DNA of 63,050 bases, the filler included, from Octopus bimaculoides (lineage: Eukaryota), in NCBI RefSeq assembly GCF_001194135.2. It is 4 parts of 4 records of this genome, joined end to end, with 100 filler letters (N's around TTAATTAATTAA, not from the genome) between each part and the next. Parts side by side here need not be neighbours in the genome. Positions count along the whole stretch, not along the records: positions 1 to 18,572 come from NC_068989.1; positions 18,673 to 49,847 come from NC_069000.1; 2 more parts are not named here. The stretch is one strand, 5' to 3'. This document shows positions 14,101 through 27,132 of the stretch, one piece after another. The notes below the pieces were generated by a model. That model was not told where the DNA came from. It searched no databases and saw nothing but the letters and a program-made list of their open reading frames with translations. Made by a program: the position numbers and the translations under genes. Numbering within the stretch: position 1 is the stretch's first letter; each line of letters begins with the position of its first letter.

Positions 14101-14491
14101 TATTTTTTTTTTTATTATCCAGAACAAAAGCGCAGCATTAATTTTAAAGGCCATTGTTTCCTCTTCTGAACACGTGAATAAATGTTTGTTTCACTTACAA
14201 ATTGTTTTAGACACACATTTTAATAAAACAGTATTTATAGATTTAAAACTATTATAAATATATTACACACATATTTTAATTAAAAATAAATACCCAGGAA
14301 TTTATAGATGTATGAAATATATTTTAATGGAACATTTATTCAGAATGATTTGGAGGTTTTAAAACTTAAAAACAATGTAGTGATGTCGCCACGGCGGCAA
14401 GACAATATTGTTACTTATATAGTTGTTACTGTTGCTGCTGTTGCTACTGTTGTTCTTGTTTAACCACACGTTTTTGTTTAACCATAACAAA

Positions 14492-14619
<128 letters not shown>

Positions 14620-15241
14620 GATGTGGGCACACTCACCGCTCATCAGTAATTAACCAAAAGTCATCACATTTTCGATATCTTATCGATAATATTGTTCGAT
14701 TTTGGCGCTGTGAAATTCACCCATAAAGTTGGCGGAGTGTAAATAAGCGATGATAGAATAAGCCAAGCGCGCAAAAAAAAAAAGGAGAGGAGGGGGGTTT
14801 CTATACCGAAAAGTATAAAGGACGAATTACGTGGAGAGAGGGAGGATATATAAGAAGGAAAACGCAAGGAGAATAACGAAGAAATAATGATATAATAAAC
14901 GACACAACTATTTGTATACATATTTATATTTACGTTTTGATAGAACTGAAAGTTTGAAGTTTGCTGTACCAAAACAACATTTTACAATACACAAAGGCAA
15001 AGATTTTCAAATATCAGGAAATTTTATAGGAAGTTATTTGAATATATTTCCACTTTATTTTATATCATAATCTTTCGGTAGATTTTATTTTATTTGAAAA
15101 TATTACTTATTCATTATTTATTGTATCACATGATCCTCTAGATAAGCAATAGTGTTGACAATGGGAAAGCATAATATCGACTGTTTCATAGTTATACTTT
15201 CCTGCTCAAAAGTGGTGATGGGGGTCTATATATACAATATA

Positions 15242-15311
<70 letters not shown>

Positions 15312-15321
15312 GTGTGTGTAG

Positions 15322-15366
<45 letters not shown>

Positions 15367-15924
15367 AAAATATAGGGTAATGAATTTTTTTTACAAATTT
15401 CACTACCAGTGGCCTAGCATGTATCTAAAAAGTCAATAGACAACATATTCTCAATATGAAATAGTGTGCATTTAAACACAAGAGAAAACTGCCTTCAACA
15501 GGCAGTTTTTAGATGCTAGAAGAAGTAGTCAAAACGACCAAAACCATGTTTAAGAGCAATCTTCAAAAGGAATGAAAAATAAAACTTTTACCTTGTTATT
15601 TTATTTCGGTCAGACCTAGGTTTCAAATTTTTTTAGCAAATAAAATAATTTGCCCGGCGAATTTCTCATCAGTGACCGCGCCATAACACTAACATAATTA
15701 AGAGACGAATAGCACGCGTCTCATCGTTATATTATTATAATTTTTCAAATTCACTGCGCAAGCGCAGTTTCAGTCGGCAGTGAATGAATAAACACTGAAC
15801 TAATCTTTTAAAAATTGCTAAAAACATATACGCTAGCGAGTTCTTTTAGAAATTTCACTACCAGTGGCCTAGCATGTATAGCGCGGTCACTGATGAGAAA
15901 TTCGCCTAGTAAATTATTTTATTT

Positions 15925-16069
15925 GGCGTATGAGACGTTTTGTCACAACCATTTTGCCGCCGCCGCCACATACACATACAGACACACAGACAGACACAGA
16001 CACAGACGCACGCGCACACACACACACACACACATACACACACACGCGCACACGCACACACACACACAC

Positions 16070-16106
<37 letters not shown>

Positions 16107-16436
16107 TACAGATACACACAGAGAAATGCATGCGCACGTGGAAATATGCACAAACAGAAAATGAGTACGGAGAGAGAGATTGGTATTATACATACAAACA
16201 TAACCAGATACTCACATCTAGAGGTAGTTGTAGAAAAGAGGTAGTTGTAGACTTGTAGACTCTAAAAAGATAGAGATAGCGATAGATAGATAGGGGAAAG
16301 ATAGTGGGTGGGGAGACAACGAGAGAAACATCAAAATGAAATATCAAACCACCAGACATCAAATAAGTCACATCAAGTCCGTGACGCCAAAAAGGCGGCG
16401 GCGGCAAAATGGTTGTGACAAAACGTCTCATACGCC
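15925..16436. mobile_element. Element bounded by perfect 43-bp inverted repeats, with an internal (CA)n array
   Basis: GGCGTATGAGACGTTTTGTCACAACCATTTTGCCGCCGCCGCC (15925-15967) and its exact reverse complement (16394-16436). No clear TSD. Confidence 0.65.
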
Positions 16437-16509
16437 AAAAATCAGTTACCCAATAAATATGAATATGAATTGAAGTCATAGAAAAAACAAAGCAAAAAAC
16501 AAAAAAACA

Positions 16510-17125
16510 GGAACGTCTAGGAAGAACTATTCCGAAATCTTTCAGACATTACATACACCTTTATAACCTTAGATTAATTATGATAGAGAAGAGAAACTGT
16601 GCACAGTTGTGGAAATTAGCTGCCCAGCGGATGTTAACATAAAGCTGAAGATTAGTGAAAAAGAGAACAGCTATGCTGAACTATTGAGAAATTTGCAATT
16701 ATTCTATCCAGATTACAAGTTCAGGTTTATACCTTTGATTATTGGGGCCCTAGGATATGTAACACACTGCCTAAATACCAATCTTAAGAAATTAGGCTTC
16801 TCAAAACCAGAAAGGAGAAAACTAATTCGAAGACTACAGATCCAATCCATCACTGGAACTGTAAAAATCTGAAAAACTTTCCAGAAGATTATCATTTAAA
16901 TATATATGAGCAAGTCTAGATATACAACTTTATGCATGAGAATACATACATAAAACATACAAATCTGCACATACATACATACATACATACATACATACAT
17001 ACATACATAAATAGAAACAAAAATACTCTGTTGTTGATGTTGAAATTCCAATGAGGTAACCTTGGATCTAGGTTAGAAACCGGTTCTTTCTCTATTGGCG
17101 AGAACTCTTGAAATAAACTGAAAAA
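16510..17125 (+). mobile_element. RLE-type LINE 3' end (endonuclease C-terminus + 3' UTR with (TACA)n)
   Basis: DREEKLCTVVEISCPADVNIKLKISEKENSYAELLRNL...FIPLIIGALGYV. A second partial copy lies at ~41345-41520 (-). Confidence 0.85.
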
Positions 17126-17137
17126 TGACATGCATAC

Positions 17138-17703
17138 TGTTGTGTCGACGCCCCCAAGCGAAGAAGTAGGATCGCCCAAGACATATAAATAGAGGTAGTC
17201 TAGCCGTGGTAGAGGAGTTGAGTAGCTCTTGGGTAGCAGTCGAGTAGAGATCATCCGAAGATGCTAGATAGCAGTAGCTTGAAACATAACACATACATAC
17301 ATACATACATACATCCATACATAAAGAAACATGGTAGATCTCAATCTGTAGAACAGTACGACCACCACTGAAAAATTATCTTGTCGTAGATGTCGAAAAC
17401 TATGGCAGTCAACGCTAAGACTCTCATCAACAGAGTTAAATAGCCCAGAAACAAGCAAGAGCAAAATCTCTGATTTCGCAATGAGGCGGGTGTTATTTAG
17501 GAATTTCCGTCTCTTACAGAGACGTCTAAGCAAAGATTAGGGGGACTCTCATTCCTAGCTGTTCGATTGCAGTTGACTCTACTGAGTTTATCCTCAGGTT
17601 TTGTTTGATGGGTTTTGTTTGTCGTCCAGTTAGGTGTCCAACAAACACTATCTTTCTCGCCAAAGTAGCTTGGTTTAATCACCGACGGCCCGAGTACGTG
17701 ACA
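17138..17703 (+). mobile_element. Possible solo LTR
   Basis: TGT...ACA termini and a TATA-like ATATAAATAG at ~17182. Flanks CATAC/GGTAC match only 3/5. Confidence 0.3.
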
Positions 17704-18403
17704 GGTACTGTATTACATGTTGCTAGTAGAACTAAGAGTGACCTCACACATACGCGCGCGCGCATAAAGAGATGGATGAATGGATGGGTAGATAGAAAGA
17801 TACATATAGATACAAAATTATTGTGGTCTAAATTCTAATCAAGCACTATTGCTTCGGGGTTCGAAACCAGCTCTCTTTCTACTGATGAAAAATTTTCTTA
17901 AAATGAAGCCAGTTAGTACACGCGCATACTCAGATACACATCTCACATATATGCAAACTTACACCCACACAAACCTACATATTAACTCCTACACACACAT
18001 ACATATCACACATATGCAACCTTATACCCACATAACTCTTCCACGCGTACATATACACATTAAAAAATCTTTAGAACTACAAAGAAATCTAGTGATAATA
18101 GGAGAGATCGGCTTGAATTCTTTGAAAAATAGTTAAAATAAACAGGTTAACATAAAAACTATCAACAAGGGCTAATTACCAGCGTAGGTGGACAACAGGC
18201 AAGGACAGATAAAATTATGGGCATGATTACAATGGCATACTTTGACACTGAAACAAATAAACTGTTAAAGTACAAGGCGTCCATTGTTATTTTATGGCTA
18301 TATGCTTATTATCATGTGACAATATTTATATTGACACAGTAATTTCGGTAAAAAGGCTTTCATATGCAACGCACATATTTTCTTATCTAGGTTTGTATGT
18401 GTG

Positions 18404-18572
18404 TGTGAGTGGCTGTGTGGTAAGTAGCTTGCCTACCAACCACATGCTTCCGGGTTCAGTTCCACTGCGTGGCACATTGGGCAAGTGTCTTCTACTATAG
18501 CCTCGGTCTGACCAAAGCCTTGTGAGTGGATTTGGTAGACGGAAACTGAAAGAAGTCCGTCGTATATATATA
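18404..18572 (+). mobile_element. SINE family A 5' half, ending at an assembly gap
   Basis: Near-identical head and body. Confidence 0.85.
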
Positions 18573-18672
18573 NNNNNNNNNNNNNNNNNNNNNNNNNNNN
18601 NNNNNNNNNNNNNNNNTTAATTAATTAANNNNNNNNNNNNNNNNNNNNNNNNNNNNNNNNNNNNNNNNNNNN
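18573..18672. other. Assembly join spacer N44-TTAATTAATTAA-N44 (also 49848-49947 and 59475-59574)
   Basis: Three identical 100-nt spacers carrying a linker with stops in all six frames. Confidence 0.95.
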
Positions 18673-18967
18673 AAGACAGACGAAATACCGCTAAGCATTT
18701 TGCTTCCTGTACTAACTGTTATACCAGCACGCTGCCTTACTATCTTAATAACCCTTTCTACTATAGGCACGAGGCCCGAAGCTTTATGGGCAGGGGACTA
18801 GGCGATTACGTTAACCGCAGTGTTTCATTAATACTTAGTTTATCGACCCCGAAAGAATTAAAGGTAAAGTCGACCCCGGCGGAATTTGAACTCAGAACGT
18901 AGAGACGGACGAAATGCCGCTAAGCATTTTTCCCGGTGTGCTAACAACTCTGCCAGCTCGCCGCCTA
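18673..18967 (-). mobile_element. Two adjacent SINE family B pieces
   Basis: Shared TCGACCCCGAAAG...AATTTGAACTCAGAACG...CTGCCAGCTCGCCGCC. Confidence 0.8.
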
Positions 18968-18983
18968 ACAATGAGAATTGATA

Positions 18984-19205
18984 TTTATCCCCATTTAAAC
19001 GTAAATATTCTGTTAGAACAAACCATACTGCGGTGGTTACCATGAAAGAAACTCTCACACTGGCTTTTGGTACAAGAGGCACTCTTCTTTATATCATTAG
19101 TGAGGTGCATTTCGCCCCCAAAAAACCATTATGAAGGTTTCTCTTATGCTATGTACCACAATATCGTTTGTTCTAACAGAACGTCCATATTTAAATGGGG
19201 ATAAA
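18984..19205. mobile_element. MITE with TA TSD
   Basis: TIR TTTATCCCCATTTAAA / TTTAAATGGGGATAAA plus inner TTCTGTTAGAACAAAC / GTTTGTTCTAACAGAA; TA on both sides. Confidence 0.75.
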
Positions 19206-20044
19206 TATTACCCCTCGGTATTAATACTGCCGCTGTCGCTAATATATATATCTTTTAATAATTGACATTATGTAATGCCAATGTGACTATAATACCGTGC
19301 AAAAGCCAAGACAACAGACTTTTGTAAACATTAAAAGATGGAGCATGTAACAGATATTTATTACATTTCATGTTTAACGGCGATATTTCGGTCGATGGAA
19401 GTTAACGGCATCTGTAAATCTATGGAACTGCAGAAATGCTTCCACGATTGAACAAAATGTTAATGTATGCAAATGTTACGAGAATCGCTCCATCAAAAAT
19501 TTTAGTTAACCTTGAACAGTTTAAAATGTCTTGTAAAATGCATATAATTCTTTACGATAGGATATTAGAGCCAACTTTACAACTCGTAAAAAGTGGTGCC
19601 GTGGGGGGGGAGGGGATTGTGGTGGCGGTGGTGGTGGTGGTGGTGATGATGATGATAGTGAAGACGATGATGATGAACATGTTAAAAATAAAAATGATTA
19701 TGTGAATTGTAATAATAATGGTTTCTTTACTTTTCTATTAATGGTAAATAATAATAATAATAATAATAATAATATCATTAAAAACAGAACACTACGTTTT
19801 ATTGATTGATTGAGTCTTTGAAGAAAGGAAAAAGTTAAGAAATTTCAAGAAGGCGCTCATTAGAAACATCATTATTTTATTGTAGCTGCAGTCATTTGTG
19901 GCAGATCTGATGAAGTATTCGCCTCCACTGCAATACGCTTTTATTGACTTCTCAGCTAACAATTCCTCCCGTCGGCCTTATCCAATGACGTATTAAAATT
20001 TCGCGCTCGTTGATTAGAATTCCTCATCGACAGCTATCGGTTCT

Positions 20045-20760
20045 TGATGATATCTCGATGTGTGTGTGTGTGTGTGTGTGTGGATAAGGGCAGTAGTGGT
20101 GGTGGACAGCCAACTAAACTGTTGCAGCGTACACTTCGTGCAGATGTGTCTATGAAAGTATATGTATGTATGTATGTACGTATGTGTGTATGTATATATG
20201 TATGCATGTATCTATGTATGTGTGTATGTATGTGTGTGTATGTATGTGTATCTGTGTACGAATATGTGTTTGAGTTGGTATGCATATATGTATGTATGTG
20301 TGTATACGTCGATGCGTATGTGTCTCTGTATGCTTGTATGTTGGTACGTATGTGCGTCTCTCTATATGTGTGCATGTGTCTATGTATGTATATATGTATT
20401 TGTTTATGTGTATGTATGTATTTGTGTGTACTCATCTATCTGCATATGTGTGTGTATGTCATTGTGTATGTCTGTGTTTCTACGTGGACGTATGTATGTC
20501 TGTACATGTGTATGTGTGCGCATGCAATGCACTTGTGTATGTAATATATGTGTATTTGATTTATGCTTCTATCTATATATAACCATACACATGCGTATAC
20601 ACATGTGTGTGTATATATCTATACACATTCATGCATAGAATGAAATATATACCCACAGACACAAAAGCATATTTGTTTCACACACGTTTCTACGCATGCG
20701 TATGTATATAATACGCATTTATTTGTGTGTTTGTGTATATACACCTATAACTACATCAGC
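20045..20760. repeat. Cryptic (TG)/(TATG) array
   Basis: Read directly. Confidence 0.85.
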
Positions 20761-21228
20761 ACATGCGTATACAATCTAATTTAAAAGATATCATCAACAT
20801 TCAGCTGTTGTTGTTGTTGACGTTGCTGTTTCTAGTATTGTTGCTGTTGTTGATGATGATGATGACGACGATCATGGTGTTGTTGATGGCGGTGTTAATG
20901 TTGTTATTGATGCGATTACTGATAAGAGAGAGAGAGAGAGAGAGAGGGGGGGAGTGACATAGAAGAGTTTAAAGAGCATTGGGCAGAAAAAGAATGGAAA
21001 GCAAGATATTAATTTAGGGTCTTTAGCGAAAGTGATACGGTCCCCCTTTCCATTATCAAGTAAAATATTAAGAACAAATGAAAAAGGCAATAGGGGCCAC
21101 GGATATTCGTAAATGGAGATGTAAAAATCGTCGGTATTTTATTTAAAGACACACACACATTCATTTTCATAGAAATGCATAGACAAAGACTGGGATAGGT
21201 ACACATCGGTGTATGTGTGTCTGTAACA

Positions 21229-21263
<35 letters not shown>

Positions 21264-21399
21264 GAGGTTATGAGAGGTAATGGTGTCAATAAGACCCAAA
21301 GGTGTCAGTTAATGCTGAGTAAGTGCTATGGATAGACCATAGTTAAGCTCCAGGTTCGTTGATTATGCGAATAAGGAGTTTTTATTAATCATGTATTAT

Positions 21400-23110
21400 T
21401 GAAAATGCATTCATAAATAAAGTACAGAACTGGAAATGGTTATTATCTGTTTAGCCTAGAGAGAAGTAAATAACTCTGAAATGGTCTTTTGTACGTGGCC
21501 AGAGGATATTACCCTCAGGGGCGCTAGCATAAATCACTAACTGTCTTGTATAGTATTTTGGATTCCAGTAGGTGGTGTGAGACACATCCTATAGATGCTG
21601 CTTTGAAAGAGAATCCTCGCAGTGGGCAAGAGATTTGATTTTGGCACTTTCGTATGAGTGCTTGGTATGTTAGTTATATAAAAACACATTCGCTTTCTTT
21701 CTTCCAAGAAAAAAAATGTGTTTTTTTGTTGTTGTGATGTGTGATATTGCCTAGGTAAGAGCACTTTCCTTATGTGCACTAAAAAGTTTGTTATTTACGT
21801 GTACTTGGGAGCTGTTTCCTAATGAGCTGTAAGAAGTTCCTACCTATGTTTGTGAAGATATCTAGTTTGAACGGGGGATTAAACCAGGTTAATTTTCCCT
21901 TCAAAAGCTTCTTTGAGACTGGAATAAGTAATCGTCCATATACAGTAATTTCTCGTCAAAGCCACTTTTCGCAAACGCTTTATTATAATGAAGTACAACT
22001 CCATCGAAAATACTTCTCTTTGAGGACAGATTAGAGGCTTTTATCTTGATGCTGGCTACTAAATCCCAAATTATAGCTGGGTGGGGGTAAAATTCCTCGT
22101 TAGACTTTCTATAGGGATAATATTTGGCTGTTTTAAAGTTTTGAGCAATGTCAATGATGGTAGGGTAGTTGTAATGAGTTTAACAGTGATGGATGTATTT
22201 TAACCAAATTTATCAAAGATTCGAGTTAAATATATATTCTGGCTGTTCATGTTAATTGAAATTATTAGACTGCTCTCTCTGTAGAAGCTCGAGATACATG
22301 GGAGGTAGGTTTCTTAGGGGTATCTAGGACAAAAAATTCATTCACATCTTCGACTCGTTCCCGTCGTAACATCACGTGGAGGTATTAAATAATGAATCGC
22401 CTTCTTTTTGACTCTTTACGAATCCTCATGCTGCATCAATCACTTCTAAACGTTTATAAATATTCTAATGTCGAAGTCACTAATCTTAAAGTATTGTTTT
22501 CCAAAGTGTGGGGCTTTCAGAAGAGGGGATTTCAATCTGAAGTTAATTATCCACAATATAGAACTGGATAAATTTTCTAGCTACTTCTTTGTTCTTGATA
22601 CCGCGGAACCAATTGCTAATAGTAATGCTATGTTTCCATTAGGCTAAACCAGCGGTCCTAATGACATCACAACTGACAGCTTCGAAGGTGAGCTCGCTTC
22701 TTCCTATACCATCTCACTTTTTGAAGTATTAATCAGCCTGTATTTGAGGTTAGAAAGGAATTTGTATTTTCGGCCCTTAAAAGTAATGTGGATGGAAAGG
22801 TTGATCCAAACTGTTTCTATCTTTAACAAGTTTGCAAGTTCCTGTTTCCGTATTTATTTCGTTGTGTCTTGTGATGCTAGTTTTCCTGTGTATATTTTAT
22901 ATGATTTGTTTTTATCATTAAGAATCTGTAATTTAGGTAATTGTTTGAAAAGTATCATGAAGTTGTTGAAAGTGTTCAGAAAACGGTTGGAGTGCTGCTC
23001 AAATCTTTACGTTTTTAATCATGTTGATCAAAGTATGTTTAAAAGTTTTCAAAGACCTTTATCAGGAGGGAGCACTTGCATGATTTGAAACTAAATTTAT
23101 ATTCGTATTT
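21400..23110 (-). mobile_element. Highly decayed Penelope-like retroelement (RT + GIY-YIG)
   Basis: Minus-strand fragments with many stops and frameshifts match Penelope RT/GIY-YIG motifs in the expected order: VLPPDKG, YRLINTSKSE, WKHSITISNWFRGIKNK..FIQFYIVD, NLSSKRSIFDGVVLHYNKAFAKSG, GKLTWFNPPFKLDIFTNIGRNFLQLI, CPLRG. Confidence 0.8.
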
Positions 23111-23603
23111 ACTTGTTAACCGATCCAAATATTCCTTCCGTTTTCTCGATATGTCATGTAACGCTTCCTTGGTGATATCTGGGTTGGGTTTTTTTGTTTT
23201 TTTTCGGCGGATATAGACGTGATTACTTCCTCTTTATTTTGTCTTCGGCTGTAGAGTGTTTAACCTTTGTAGATTAAGACTCAACTAGGAATGGAGTTAT
23301 ACAGATACATTCACAAGAGCGCTCAACATATTCCATTGAGTTCATTTGTCTCAAAATGACAAATTAAAATGTCATTGAATTGAAAAGAAAAACAATACAA
23401 CAAAACACCTTCCAGTTTTTGAGTAACAAGGCTTTCTTTCACAACTTCTAAGTAAGTCTGTTTGTTATTGAATGATAAGCATGGCTCGTTTTTATTGGCT
23501 GCTTCAAAGCGTAATAGTGTGTAAATATTCGGTTGAAAACCCCTTTTTAAAAAAAAAAATGTCGAAGGCAGCAGCCTTCGGGCGCTATTATTTACAGCTT
23601 TGA

Positions 23604-23817
23604 AAGGCGGCGAGCTGGCAGAGTAGTTAGCACGCCGGGCGAAATACATAGCGACATATCGTCTGCCGTTACGTTCTGAGTTCAAATTCCGCCGAGGTCG
23701 ACTTTGCCTTTTATCCTTTCGGGGTCGATAAAATTAGTACCAGTTACGCACTGGAGTCGATGTAATCGACTTAATCCCTTTTCCCAAATTTGAGGCCTTG
23801 TGTTTCCAGTAGAAAGT
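23604..23817 (+). mobile_element. SINE family B copy
   Basis: Full-length match to the family B consensus. Confidence 0.9.
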
Positions 23818-24289
23818 ATTATTTATTGCTTCGAATGCTTCGAGACCCAGTTCCAAGAAGGAATTATTTCACGTTCTCTCGAAAGTTTATAAATTCTTAT
23901 GACGTCAACAGGTACATATGTGTTAGTGTTTGCAAGCGCGCACATGCCTCGTACAGGTGGAGTACTGTTGCATTTTTGGGGAATTTCTCAGATTAAAGCT
24001 AGCTATTCTCTCCTTCTCTTACTCTCTCTCTCTCTCTCTCGCTCTCTCTCTTTCTCTCTCTCTCGCTCTCTCTCTCTCTCTTCCCAGTCTTTCATTCTTT
24101 TTGTCTGAGATAAAATAATAAAACTAGATCTAGAAAGTTTTAAAAACAAAACAACAGAAATAAACAGAAGAAAAAAAAAACAAAGATAAAAGAGGTGAAA
24201 GGAGACGTGTGTTGGGGAATTGTGATGGAAATATGGAACAAACAAATACCAAGAGAGAATTAATACAAAACTGATAATGAAGAAATGAA

Positions 24290-25960
24290 TTAACCGGCGG
24301 ATGGGGAGGTGGTGGTGGTTAGGAGGAGGGTTGGAGGAGGAGGCTGAGAAATTTCGACACCAGCAGCAACAGTAGAAGTTATAGCAAATGCTACTACTAC
24401 TGCCGCCGCGCATATTGATGCTGCTGCTGCTGTTACTACTACTACTACTACTATTACTACTACTACTACTGCTGCGAAAGCTCTAACGACGACAGCAACA
24501 TTAACACCAGTAACCACATTATGAACCTCTGAAGTAGTAGTAGTAATAATATCATCGTCATCATCGTCATCATTACTACGGTCGATACCATCTCGTAAAA
24601 CGTAATACTAACAATAATAGCCACAGTATTAACTAATAATAATAATAATAATAATAATAGTAATGATGATGATGATGACAGCAACAACAACAACAATAAT
24701 AATGATCATAAGGGCAATAATAGTAACAGTAATTATAGCGACGTCAACAACAACACAAATTATAGGAATAAAGAGAAAACAGAAAAAGAAAAAAAAAAGG
24801 GGGGGGCGTTGTGAGGAATTGAGTGGAAAGGAAATTCTTGTGTTAAATTGGAACCATGTCTCCAGAGGGCGCTACTGTTGTACCTATTGATTTAGTTGAG
24901 CGGGGGGGGGGAGTGGGCGGGATGCAGTTAGTACAGGTTGGTGGTTGTGTAGTTTACGTAATGATGGTGGAGTACTGTAATTAACTGATTTGTCTTGATT
25001 GTGGCTCAGCACCACCGCCACTACTACCACCTGTACCGCCATCACCACTTCTATTATACCACTTCTGTTATCACCACCACAACCACCTATACCATCACTA
25101 CTACCACCTATACCATCACCATCACAACTACCACCTATACCATCACCACCACCACTACTACCACCTATACCATCACCACCACCACAACTACTACTTATAC
25201 CATCACCACCACCAACGCCATTACCACCACCAATACCACTACTTTTACCACTTCTGTCACTGCTACCACCACCACCATCACCTATACTGTTCTACCATCA
25301 CCACCACCATCACCATCACCCATACCACTATAATCACTACCACTACCTCTACTATCACCCGTACCACTTCTGCCATCACTACTACTACCTCTTCTCCAGC
25401 ATCATTGTGTATACTACTTCTGCTACTGATTCTACCACCGCTACCACCACTACTATCACGTATACCACATTTACTATTAATACCACTACCTACCATTATC
25501 ACTACTATAACCAACACCACTTCTACTACTATCGCCGCTGCTGCCACCTCATCCTGTCAGCTCTGCTACCACCTCGACCAAGTACCATACCACCACCACT
25601 ACTAATAAAACAACTATTGCTACTACTTCAACCACCACTACCACCGCCTCTACTAATACAACTACTACTACCAACACCATCATTACAAGCACTATCACTA
25701 CCACTACTAATACAATTACTACTACTACTACTAATAATAATAATAATAATACCACCACTACTTATACAACTACTACCACCACTCCCACCACCATCACTAC
25801 CACCACTGTCGCCGCCGCAGTAACAACAGTAGCGATAACTGAAACAATAACATCAAATATAAAAAAGAAAAAAACCCAACAGCAACACAGGCTTAAGCAG
25901 CAGCGGTAGCAGCAGGAGCAGCAGTAACAACAACAACAACAACAACACTTTTAGTAAACT
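24290..25960. repeat. Cryptic trinucleotide region (ACT/ACC/AAT/GGT) with an internal ~27-33-bp unit CTACCACCTATACCATCACC
   Basis: Triplet periodicity persists, but the Thr-rich frame shifts repeatedly. Confidence 0.85.
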
Positions 25961-26087
25961 ACATTATATATTACATTGTTGCTACACATGCAGCAGTCTA
26001 TATTTTCGATATTCTGCGGTAACGTTACATGGCTGATGCATTACAGAGCCATCATTAAGTGGCAACTATGCTATATTGTAATATCAC

Positions 26088-26200
26088 TGCTACACTGCAC
26101 TATGGTAATAGTATATGGCAACTGCACTATGGTAATAGTATATGGCAACTGCACTATATAAGTAATATTACATGGGAACTACTCTATATGGTAATATTGC
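26088..26200. repeat. 27-bp minisatellite CTGCACTATGGTAATAGTATATGGCAA (2 perfect + degenerate copies)
   Basis: Read directly. Confidence 0.8.
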
Positions 26201-27132
26201 TTTCAAATTTTGGCGCGAGGCCAGCATCGATTACTGGCACTTGTATTCAGTAGCGTAGCTGGAGAGGTGGGGAGGGGCAAGGGAGGAGGTACGTGCCCCG
26301 GGCACCGATTGAAGTGGGGGAGAGCGGAGCGCAGAATTGACCATAATACGATAAACTTGAACTCCATATATGAAATTTATATTTTGAATTACCGACTGTA
26401 CCGAACCGGCAGGTAAAGGAACCCTGATAAAGTATTTATTCCTAAAATAGTCTTTTCTACTCTAGGCACGGGGCCCGAAATTTTGGGGGAGGGAGCCAGT
26501 CGATTAGATCGATCCCAGTACGCAACTGGTACTTGATTTTTCGACCCCGAAAGGATGAAAGGCAAAATCGACTTCGGCGGAATTTGGACTCAGAACGTAA
26601 AGATAAACAAAATACCGCTAAGCATTTCGCCCGGCGTCCTAAAATATAGCTTTAAAACATTAATTTCTTGTAACAAATAAGTACTATATAATACCATGGA
26701 TTTTGTAATTGGCTGGGGGGGGGGCACATTTTTGTGGCTTGCCCCGTGCGCCGTTTACCCTAGCTACGCCACTGCTTGTTTTATCGACCCCGGAAGAATG
26801 AAAGGTAAAGTTGACCCCAGCAGTATTTGAACTCAGAATGTAAAGTTGAAAGACATACTGCTAAGCATTTCGCCCGGCGCAGTAGCGGTTCTGCCAGCTC
26901 GCTGCCTTATACTGTATAGTAAATATTGATTTCAAATGCTGGCACAAGGCCAGCAATTACATGGGAGAAGTGGAGTCGATTACATCGACCCCGGTGCTCA
27001 ACTTTCATCTACCCCGTAAGGATGAAAGGTAAAGCTGACCCCAGTGGGATTTGAACTCGGAACGTACAGACGGACGAAATACCGCTCAGCATTTTGCCTT
27101 GCGAGCTAACGGTTCTGCCAGCTTTCCACCTT
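26190..27132 (-). mobile_element. SINE family B cluster: host split by the MITE, nested copy 26449-26640, further copy 26925-27132
   Basis: Three family B bodies in the same orientation. Confidence 0.8.
26248..26774. mobile_element. hAT-type MITE inserted in a SINE and containing a second SINE
   Basis: TIR CAGTAGCGTAGCTGG / CTAGCTACGCCACTG. 8-bp TSD CTTGTATT (26240-26247) / CTTGTTTT (26775-26782). Confidence 0.8.

Noticed and set aside
14690-14860. Promoter with E2F/TATA-like motifs
   Set aside because: Short motifs only, with no linked exon.
24995-25823. Mucin-like Thr/Pro-rich exon
   Set aside because: The Thr frame switches several times and there are no splice signals; this is a cryptic trinucleotide repeat.
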